A DNA stretch of 64,000 bases from assembly GCA_963662285.2 (NCBI GenBank), contig CAXXMV010000001.1, forward strand, positions 1 to 64,000. The letters run 5' to 3'. Below, piece by piece: positions 38,453 through 47,400 of the stretch. The notes beneath the pieces were generated by a model that worked only from the letters and a program-made list of their open reading frames with translations, did no database searches and was not told where the DNA came from. Position numbers and translations under genes: made by a program. The DNA is from a bacterium (GTDB lineage: Bacteria > Hinthialibacterota > Hinthialibacteria > Hinthialibacterales > Hinthialibacteraceae). Every line of letters starts with the position of its first letter. Position 1 is the first letter of the stretch.

Positions 38453-38909
38453 CGAAAATCACCTCTAATGGACTATGAATAGCAATAGGTTTATAGCCTA
38501 ACTTTTCATTTACTATATTATATTTCGAAATCTTTTGATAATTTACAATATGGTGAAAATTCCAACTTACGATTAGATTGCAGTTTTATACCGTTGCTAA
38601 AGCCACATGAAGAGCATCGGCCATCCATCGCGAACCAATAACATTTGAATCGATATAAGCATGTTGAAGAATAATTGCCTCTTGTGTTATTTCAATGAAC
38701 TCAGCATTATATCTAATTTCCTCAAAAAAATCCTTCACGTATTCAGGAGCCGACTTAATCTCTTCGCTAACAACAGATGATAGAACAAGAAAGAAATATC
38801 CATTATCGGCGTTGCGAAAAAATGACCGGCTTGATTTTGAAAACTCCTCATCAAAAATCCCACCTATTACTGAGGTGTCAGTATAAATTCTTGGAACTAT
38901 TTCAGCCAT
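38442..38909 (-). pseudogene. PIN-domain toxin with an in-frame premature TAA at 38586-38588
   Basis: IYTDTSVIGG..DEEF, DALHVALAT*; the frame continues NCNLIVSWNFHHIVN..I.SPLEVI to a stop at 38442. Confidence 0.88.
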
Positions 38910-39374
38910 ATATTATCTCCTATTCATCCATTCCATTATAGAACAACTTATCATAGTTAATAATAGAATTCATCATTAAATTATTGTTCAAATTAATGAA
39001 TGACACCCACGCTTGAGTGGTTGAGTTTGATTAAGTTGCTTTATGTCTGAATCTGGATTTACAGGATGGAAGAATACTTAGGATTTTTTTATGATTGGGT
39101 AGTGGTGAGAATTGGGTTTGTTTGGTTTGTTGACGTGATTGATATCACTCCTCTTCCTCTTGTTTTAGGGAAGAGGAGTTTTTGGGTTTGAGTGGGTGGT
39201 TTTTTGGTGGGTCGGTGAGGCGCGACCCACCCTACGCGCTGGATGATGGAAAAATTCAAATAAAATACCCAGGAGCGGGCAAAAGCGGTTATGATGAAAA
39301 TATGACACAGCGTTAAAGGGATTTAGAAGAACGCTGGATGGGCCGTAATAGTAGTTATTTTTGGAAGTTGCCTT

Positions 39375-39872
39375 ATGCGTAAGAAAATGATATATTTTTT
39401 TATCTCAATCATCGGCTTGATTGTTGTTACAGTGATTTCATTGATTACTGTCATTCGGCTTAATCATGCGCATCTCATGGAGGCGCCAGGATTGTATAAC
39501 CGGTTGATTGCTTTTTTATCGACGAACGTTGCGGAAACATCAGAAAACCATGTCTATCCAGAGTTAAAAACCCGGTATTTTGGGGAATCAGATGAAAGTC
39601 TTTTTGATCATTCAATACACTCAGTTCAAAAACTAGGTTGGGAAATCGTTTCATCAGATTCTGCAAAAAAAGAGATGCAAATTGAAATAAAAACACCCCT
39701 TTGGAAATTTGTCGATGATATGCAGATCCGGGTGGAAGCCATAGATGAAAGCCGTTCGAGTTTGTATATTCGCTCTTCCTCGCGGGTTGGAAAAGGAGAT
39801 CTGGGCGCCAATTCAGGACATATTTATCAACTTTATCATAGATTGGCGAAGGATGGCGTTAATGCGCTATAG
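39375..39872 (+). CDS. DUF1499-like membrane-anchored protein
   Basis: TM; TPLWKFVDD, IRSSSRVGKGDLGAN. Confidence 0.82.
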   Translation: MRKKMIYFFISIIGLIVVTVISLITVIRLNHAHLMEAPGLYNRLIAFLSTNVAETSENHVYPELKTRYFGESDESLFDHSIHSVQKLGWEIVSSDSAKKEMQIEIKTPLWKFVDDMQIRVEAIDESRSSLYIRSSSRVGKGDLGANSGHIYQLYHRLAKDGVNAL

Positions 39873-39916
39873 TAGAGGCTAAGTCTAAATACGCCTATTG
39901 AGAAAGAATAAAAAAG

Positions 39917-40438
39917 ATGCGGATAATTCCAATTATGTTTTTATCTTTTATAATTAGTGGATGCAGTGGATTGCCCGAAGGCGTTACTCCAGTTTCAGAA
40001 TTTGAACTTAATAAGTATCTGGGGAAATGGTATGAAATCGCCCGGTTAGATCATTCATTTGAACGCGGTCTTAACAATGTTAATGCTGAATACTCAATGC
40101 GCGAAGATGGCGGGGTGAAGGTTATAAATAGGGGTTTTTCAGATTCACAAAACAGCTGGAAAGAAGCGGAAGGTAAAGCCTATTTCGTGCGAGAAAAAAA
40201 CATAGGGTATTTGAAAGTTTCGTTCTTCGGTCCATTTTACGGTTCTTATATCGTTTTCGAACTGGATAAAGAGAATTATCAATACGCCTATGTCGCAGGA
40301 CCGAATAAAAAATACCTTTGGCTGCTGGCAAGAACGCCAAACGCAAGCCAAGAACGCATAGACCATTTTGTGGAAAGTTCAAAAAGCCTTGGGTTTGACG
40401 CTGATAATCTAATATTTGTGGAACATAATCAACCATAA
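39917..40438 (+). CDS. blc: bacterial lipocalin lipoprotein
   Basis: Lipobox ISGC, YLGKWYEIARLDHSFERG, LKVSFFGPF, YLWLLAR. Confidence 0.92.
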   Translation: MRIIPIMFLSFIISGCSGLPEGVTPVSEFELNKYLGKWYEIARLDHSFERGLNNVNAEYSMREDGGVKVINRGFSDSQNSWKEAEGKAYFVREKNIGYLKVSFFGPFYGSYIVFELDKENYQYAYVAGPNKKYLWLLARTPNASQERIDHFVESSKSLGFDADNLIFVEHNQP

Positions 40439-40569
40439 TATTGGGCATACAGGCTCAAACAAAAATCCCTCTCTCACAATTTTGGGAAGAGGGATTTTTG
40501 GTATTAGCAGGTGGTTCTTCGGTGGATCAAAATGCGCGACCCACCTTACGCAAAGGTAAGGGTTTCGCC

Positions 40570-41595
40570 TTAGCGGAATAATTCCCAGCAATCAGTTTGG
40601 GATGATCCTATAATCATATCGGCTTGATTGAGCGCTTCATCGGTGAAAGTCCAGGCCGGTTCCAGTCCTTCCAAGGCGTTTGGATTAAGGTAGAGGGTGT
40701 GGGGTACGTAATCCTCCAGAGGAATATCCTTGGGTGTCGCACCGTTGAGGATTTGCGCCGCCATGTTGCCCGCCTTGACGCCTACCTCAAAGAAATCCGG
40801 GCCGAGATCGAATAAGGCGCCTGAATTAACGCTGTCGGGATTGACGGTAAAGACCGGGATTCCCGCTGCTTGCGCAACGGCGACAAGATCAGCCATTCCG
40901 AAATTAACGGTGTTATCACCACCCATAATGAAGGCCTGGACGCCCTGGGCAACCAACATATTAGTTTTCTCTAAAACTTGGGAAGATTCATTAACATTCT
41001 CTTCCAATAGTTCGATCTCAAGCGTCGGGCAGGCCTCTCGAGCTAGAGAGGTAGTAAACACAGAATTGGATTCATCAGGATTCCATATCAAACCCAATTT
41101 ATTTAACGATGGAAAAAACGCCTTGGCGTATTGAATAGCCGCGCCAACCGGATTGGGGGAACTGACTCCGGTCAGGAATTCCGGCTTATCGAGCGGGCCG
41201 CCATCCCCGATGCCGACATCGGCGGTATAGGCCCATGAGACTACTGAAAACACATGAGGTATCTTGGTTGCTTGATTGACATTGTAGACTGCCTGCATGC
41301 AGGCAGTAGAGCAGGTCAAAATAAGGTCGAAATCCTGGGTGACGATCTCTGCCGCATAAGCATCGGCATTGGCGCGGTTGCCTTCGGCATTATAAAACTT
41401 GATCACCAGATTATCACCATCGACAAAGCCATTTTCGCGCAAACCCTCCAGCATTCCCTCGACGCCTTGGTCGTTCACGAAATAGGAGTTGTATTTGAGG
41501 ACGGCTACATTGAATCCCCACGCGGCGCCTGCGGTTAGTTCGAGAGATAAAACAAGAAAAAGCAGAAAGCATCGGGATAGAATTCGTTGGATCAT
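40570..41595 (-). CDS. orphan ABC-type substrate-binding protein (ABC_sub_bind-like)
   Basis: Signal peptide, NAEGN, IPHVFS, LTGVS, WNPDESNS, DNTV, QILNGATP..IP. Confidence 0.82.
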   Translation of the reverse strand: MIQRILSRCFLLFLVLSLELTAGAAWGFNVAVLKYNSYFVNDQGVEGMLEGLRENGFVDGDNLVIKFYNAEGNRANADAYAAEIVTQDFDLILTCSTACMQAVYNVNQATKIPHVFSVVSWAYTADVGIGDGGPLDKPEFLTGVSSPNPVGAAIQYAKAFFPSLNKLGLIWNPDESNSVFTTSLAREACPTLEIELLEENVNESSQVLEKTNMLVAQGVQAFIMGGDNTVNFGMADLVAVAQAAGIPVFTVNPDSVNSGALFDLGPDFFEVGVKAGNMAAQILNGATPKDIPLEDYVPHTLYLNPNALEGLEPAWTFTDEALNQADMIIGSSQTDCWELFR

Positions 41596-41887
41596 AGTAG
41601 GTTCCTTTGTTAGTGTTTTTAGAGTATTTTTGGCATTATAACATGCTGATTAGAGATTTGAAGTTAATACATAAAAATTGCAATTTCCCTCTAGCAGCGT
41701 GTCAATTAAACAAACGACTTGGATGATTAGTTGATTTGTTTTTAGGTGGTTCTTATTCATATTCTGATTGCATTTTATCAATTTCACATGGATAATGGAA
41801 AGTTTAAATAAATCATAAAATAGATTAAGAATTTTAAAACCACTTACCCGCTTGCGCGTTATATTAAGCGTGATGCAAATACAAGCC

Positions 41888-42505
41888 ATGCAAATACCAA
41901 CGGATGAACAGCAGCATTGGGAAACTCTGAGCGATGAGCAGGTTATGCTGCGCTATGCTCAGGGCGACAGTGATGCGTTCGATGAACTTTACCAGCGGCA
42001 TAAGTCGTCGGTATATGCGTTCATCCGCAATTTCATCTACGACGCCAACGCGATTGACGATCTGTTTCAGGCGGTGTTTCTCAAAATGATACGTAACCGG
42101 CTTAACTTTATACCGAAAGCCAAATTCACCACCTGGTTATTCACCATCGCACGGACCACCTGCATTGACGCCATGCGCAAGACCAAGACATCGCGAGTTA
42201 TACAACTTTTTCCGGATCAATATGATGAAGACGCCGGGATGGGCATGGCGGATTTTCCCGATTGCGAACCACAGCCCAGGGAGAAAGGCTATCAAACCGA
42301 GTTGCAACACGCCATAGATGGAGCGCTGGAAATGCTTCCTCAGGAGCAACGCGAGGTGCTGCTGCTGCGTGAAAAGACTGAACTGACCTTTCAGGAAATC
42401 GGCAAAATTACCGGATGCTCCACCAATACGGCCAAGAGCAGAATGCACTACGCCCTGTTGGCCATACGTAAAGAGTTGCAAGAGAAAGGCTTCGACGAGC
42501 CATGA
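41888..42505 (+). CDS. ECF RNA polymerase sigma factor
   Basis: SDEQVM, AFDELYQRH, FTTWLFTIAR, LPQEQREV, NTAKSRMHYAL; start uncertain (41852-41888). Confidence 0.93.
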   Translation: MQIPTDEQQHWETLSDEQVMLRYAQGDSDAFDELYQRHKSSVYAFIRNFIYDANAIDDLFQAVFLKMIRNRLNFIPKAKFTTWLFTIARTTCIDAMRKTKTSRVIQLFPDQYDEDAGMGMADFPDCEPQPREKGYQTELQHAIDGALEMLPQEQREVLLLREKTELTFQEIGKITGCSTNTAKSRMHYALLAIRKELQEKGFDEP

Positions 42506-44148
42506 GATGTGAAACGGCAAGACGCATAATGATGGATCGGCTCTACGAAACAGTTGCGCCTGATCACTTGAAGAAACTCGAAGCGCATTTGCTAAGTTGT
42601 CCGCAGTGCGCCGCTGAGTGGGATGATGTGCAACGCGCACATAACATGTTGGCGTCTGGATTGACGCAGGAGGTACCTATGCATTTGGATCAGGCCATAC
42701 TATCACAAAGCAACGCGCAAGCAGCGCCCGTTCCAATAAAAAGCCGTTTTGGATGGCGCCGTATAGCGGCGGCGGCTTCGTTTCTAATAGTTGTTGGAAT
42801 CTCATACCAGGTTTGGCAAAAAGATGATCCGGGATTAATCATTCAAAGTGATTTATCACAGAATATTTCAGTTCAATCTGACATTCCAACGAACAAAGAA
42901 GAGGCGCTTGCTTCATCAGAGAGGATTCAACTTAAAGCATTAGGCTATTCTAGCGCAGCGCCCGCTCCATCGTTAATGAAGAACAAACAGGATGCAAAAC
43001 TAACCAGGTCGCAGCCGCAGCAGTCAATTCAACCAGCGGTTTTGGCGCCGCGCCATGAATCAACCAGCAATGCTGAAGAGTATTTCCGCACCAGTCTCAA
43101 ACTTTATAACAAGGCATTCGCTACAACCGGGGATGATAAACGGGTTCTGTTGCGCAGCGCCATTATTATGCTGCAAGATATTGAGACGCGCTATCCACAG
43201 GACGGCCAGTGGATCGCTATGTCGATGATACTGATAGCCGACTCATACCGCGAGTTGGGCGACAAAGATAAGGCTATTGAGACTTACCAACATATAACGG
43301 ATCAATTCAGCGATTTGCCGGTTTATACGCGGCAGGCGCGGGCATCGATGCTTAAACTGATGCTGGACAAGCCGCAAGTGGACATTGATCAGGCGGAGAA
43401 AGTTCTGGTGCAGTATCAGGAGCAACAACCTTCACCGACGGAGTTTGTGAAACTGGCGCTGGCGTATTCGGCCAAGGTAAATTCGAGCAGCCCGGAACAT
43501 GCTTATGAGTGGTATAAAAAAATAAAGAATTATCTTCCGCCTCAGCATCCCCTGATAGAAAAGGCTAACAGAGAATCCAGGGATATCGAGCTGAAATTGC
43601 GCAACCATTCATACATCATGGATTGGAAAATCGTGGGGCCGCTGGAACAGGCGACTTTACTTGAAACTGATAGAACAGGTTCCTACGAAAAATGGTTCAG
43701 TTCAAAAAGCCGCAAATTTGGTAAAGAAAATACATACATAATCGAGAACAGCAAAAGATACTGTCTTGTTCCGGAAATTGATCTGGTTCATCTATTCAAC
43801 CAGGCGCCGCCCCGGTCATGCGCATTCGCTTATACCAAAATATACAGCCCCAAAAAACAGTACGCCCATCTGATTCTGGGATTCAGCGATGGGTTGCGCA
43901 TCTGGCTTAACGGAGATCATGTCTCAGGCGGACTGGAAAACCATAGGTATAAACGGGATTCGGCCTCAGTCAAATGCAGCCTGAAAAAGGGATGGAATGA
44001 ATTGCTTTTTAAGAGTTATTACCACAAGGATCGGGCTGATGAAAACCGGGAATGGAAATTCAGCGCACTGCTGGTCAACAACAACGGTGAACTGATGCCT
44101 GAATTGAGATACAGCGTAGATGCAACTACATCAACCAGGAATAAATAG
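42502..44148 (+). CDS. zf-HC2 anti-sigma factor with TM, TPR-like region and C-terminal beta-sandwich
   Basis: MRC...HLLSCPQC zinc motif, TM, helical repeats, DWKIVGP..AFAYT..DGLRIWLNG..LKKGWN. Confidence 0.8.
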   Translation: MRCETARRIMMDRLYETVAPDHLKKLEAHLLSCPQCAAEWDDVQRAHNMLASGLTQEVPMHLDQAILSQSNAQAAPVPIKSRFGWRRIAAAASFLIVVGISYQVWQKDDPGLIIQSDLSQNISVQSDIPTNKEEALASSERIQLKALGYSSAAPAPSLMKNKQDAKLTRSQPQQSIQPAVLAPRHESTSNAEEYFRTSLKLYNKAFATTGDDKRVLLRSAIIMLQDIETRYPQDGQWIAMSMILIADSYRELGDKDKAIETYQHITDQFSDLPVYTRQARASMLKLMLDKPQVDIDQAEKVLVQYQEQQPSPTEFVKLALAYSAKVNSSSPEHAYEWYKKIKNYLPPQHPLIEKANRESRDIELKLRNHSYIMDWKIVGPLEQATLLETDRTGSYEKWFSSKSRKFGKENTYIIENSKRYCLVPEIDLVHLFNQAPPRSCAFAYTKIYSPKKQYAHLILGFSDGLRIWLNGDHVSGGLENHRYKRDSASVKCSLKKGWNELLFKSYYHKDRADENREWKFSALLVNNNGELMPELRYSVDATTSTRNK

Positions 44149-44215
44149 CAGATTAATTCCTCCTATAAGCCCGTGGAGGTTAAGAGGGAATGTCATTAAG
44201 TTTAGTTATTGAAAT

Positions 44216-44324
44216 CCCCCCCCTCACCTTAACCCTCTCCCGGCGGGAGAGGGGATAACATATAGGAGGGAGTTGAAGCACCGAAGGGCAACCCCCCTCT
44301 AACTCCCCCCAGACTTGGGGGGAG
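44216..44324. repeat. family C plus family D REP-like palindromes
   Basis: ccctcaccttaaccctctcccggcgggagagggg; caacccccctctaactcccccagacttggggggag. Confidence 0.8.
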
Positions 44325-44407
44325 AATTTGATCATCAATGTTTGTTCATAGAACCAAACGGTTACAAATAAACAAGAGAAGGCAGAAGGATAATACGAGG
44401 CGTCATC

Positions 44408-47400
44408 ATGAAAACAAAACTAGTACTAATCAGTATATTTATATTATTTCAAACATTGGTTCAGGCGGAAGTCAAACTGGACAAAGAGGCCATGAAATTC
44501 GAGCGGACGGAGAATTCGCTGAGCGTTTATCTGCCCCTGCAAAGCGACCAGGACAAACCTGTGTTCGGCGATATGACGGTTACGCTATTGGATAGCGCGT
44601 ATAATTCATTGGCGCAGACATCGAAGAAGACCATGCTGATGAACGGCGGCCATATCGAAACCGTGGCGCTGCCTATCTCGGTCAACACGCCCAAGATCGA
44701 AGATTGCTTCATTCGCGTTGATTTTATGGGACATATCTGGTTGAAGGGTTTCACTAAGCAGAATACCGGACATGAGATTCACCTGATCGGGCAGAACCGT
44801 TGGATCGCCGGAAGCCGTGGGTCGCTACGCGTTATCACTACCAGCAGCGGTAATGACGAACCGGTGGCTGATGCTTCGATCCAACTTTTAATCAAGCAAT
44901 CCGATGGCAAAACCGCCATAGAGGTTAATGATAAGACAGATCAGTCGGGAACTGCGGCGCTTGGTTTTGATATTCCCAAAACGCTGCTTGGAGACAGTAC
45001 TCTGATATTGACCGTGAAATCTCCCCTGGGAAGCAATACCGTTACATCCAAGGTCCAGTTCGTCCCCGGAACGCGCGTCTTTTTGACTACTGACAAACCG
45101 GTATACCAGCCGGGGCAGGTTATGCATATACGCGCCTTGGCGGCGCATAAAGTTTCGGGAGAACCGCTGGCTGAGCATGAAGTGCTGCTGGAAGTATTTG
45201 ACGGCAAAGGCAACAAGGTATTTAAGAAGCAGCCCGTGACATCTGAATTCGGCATTGTTTCGGCTGATTTTCAATTGGCCGATGAAGTGAACCAGGGCGA
45301 ATACCGCATCGTAGCGTCGCTTAATAATGAGACCACCGAAAAGACAGTGCAGGTCTATGAATATGTGCTGCCCAAGTTCCGGGTTGACGTCAAGACCAAG
45401 GAGAAATATTACGCTCCAGGCGATGAGGTGAGCGGCTCTATTACGTCGCGCTATTTCTTCGGCAAACCGACGGCGGGCGCCAAGGTTACTATCACCGCCA
45501 ATTGCTTCGATGTGGGTTTCAATGCATTCGCTGAAGTTACGGTCGTGACCGATGAAGCAGGCAAGGCGGAATATAGTTTCACTATTCCAGACAAACTGGT
45601 GGGGCAGCCGCAGTTCAAGGGAAGCACCATTGTGCAGATGGATGTACGGGTGCGCGATACTGCTGACCATGAAGAACAGAAAATGCATACATTTCATGTA
45701 TCGGTCGATCCGTTGCAGATCGAGGCTATACCCGAAAGCGGCCGGTTGGTTCCAGGGGTGGAGAACGAAGTATTTCTTTCGGCGTCGTATCCAGACGGCA
45801 GCGTGGCTGCGCCGGAACTTACTATCAAATCCAGTTATTTATCTGAAACGGTCACCGTGCAATGCGATAAGAACGGCATCGCTTCAATTCGCTTTACGCC
45901 TCCTGTTGTGGATAAAAAGGACTTGGTTACGATGGTGCAGAACGTGGCGCAGCCTGCGGTTGATGCTTCTGTTTTGCATATCTCAACTGAGATGAATGGC
46001 AAGACTATTAACATCGTTAAGAATTTAGATATCGGCGCCACTATCGAAAATCTGTTGCTCAGAGTTGATAGAGGGGTATACAGCGTGGGCGATGCTTTGG
46101 AGATCAGCGCCTTATCCAGCAGCGCCCCCGGCGAGACGGTCTTTCTGGATATCATCAAAAACCAGCAAACCGTGTTGACCAAGACCATGCAATTGAAGGA
46201 TGGGCGCTCTGCGCTTACCCTGCCGCTGGATAACCAACTGACGGGCAGTTTGACGCTTAACGCTTATATCATAGGTTCCGGTGGAACCATGCTGCGCGAC
46301 GTGCGGCAGGTTATTGTGCTGCGCAGCGACGATCTCAAGATCGATATCCGGCCTGATCAAAAGCAGTATGAACCGGGGCAACCCGCCAAACTGCTGATCG
46401 CCGTAACCAACCAGCAAGGCGAGCCGGTGCGCGCCGCTTTGGGAATGAACATCGTTGATGAGAGCGTCTACAGCCTGAGCGAGAAGGAACCGGGGCTGGC
46501 TAAAGTCTTCTTCGCCATCGAACGCGAACTGATGCAACCCAAGGTCGAGATTCATGGCTATCAACTGGACAAGGTGGTGCGCCTGTCGGCCAACCAATAT
46601 AAGGACAACGCTCAGTTATCCAAGGCGCTGTTGGCTAAATTGGATAATTTCAGTGAATACGCGATTAATATCGATACTGCGAAAAAACGGGATCAACAAG
46701 CGGATAATGATATACGTCAGATTCATGGACAATTACGATTTAAGATGCTTCCCCTTCTTTCACAGCCCATGGACGTAGCCGAAGTTTTGTTGTTGCATGA
46801 TATGCAGCGCGGCTCGCTGCCTACCATTGACCCCTGGGGACGAGCATACCAGTTAGTTCCTGATAAGGATAAAACACAGTATAGAATTTTCACGAAAAAG
46901 AAGCCTAATCGAGATCAAGATTCCGAAACATATTTCACAAACCTATTTATCGTCAGCAAGGGACGCGATGGGCTGCTTGGAACAGATGATGATAAACGTA
47001 CGTCAACTTATTCCCGGCCAGTTATCATAAGCGTTACCGATGCGCTCTTCGATGATTCAGGGCAAATGCAAGGATATGCCAGCAGTATTAGAGATGCTCT
47101 TTTTATCAAAAGTAAAGGAGGGCCGCTTAGCAATGCAACTAAAGAAGAATTGAAGCATATAAAATTAGGTGGATTTGCTGATACCTCTTATACCTATGCA
47201 TTTGAAGACAACAAACATAATTCCTTCATAGCGGATAGATCAATAATGCGCGGCGATCCTTCATTCAAGACGGTCGGAATTGATTTCATGAAATTCGGAG
47301 CAGCTGAGAATCGACGCGGGGGTGGTGTAAGGGGCGGGGTGGCTAATGGAGTTGGTGGATATGGCATGGGCATGATGGGCGGTATGGGTATGATGGGCGA

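Larger units (their letters stand above)
38193..39241 (+). repeat. about 105-bp composite direct repeats (38193-38299, 39135-39241; diverged third copy about 40465-40552)
   Basis: gtgattgat..tcactcctcttcc...gggaagaggagt..gggtggtt..ggtgggtcggtgaggcgcgacccaccctac.cgctg. Confidence 0.88.

Noticed and set aside
38193-40552. Classical integron
   Set aside because: No tyrosine integrase and no recognisable attC core sites; kept only as a REP-cassette hypothesis.
44888-45697. 269-aa antisense ORF inside the A2M gene, and similar shadow ORFs (21507..22082, 25323..25946, 58554..59075)
   Set aside because: Antisense shadows of well-supported genes with no recognisable motifs.
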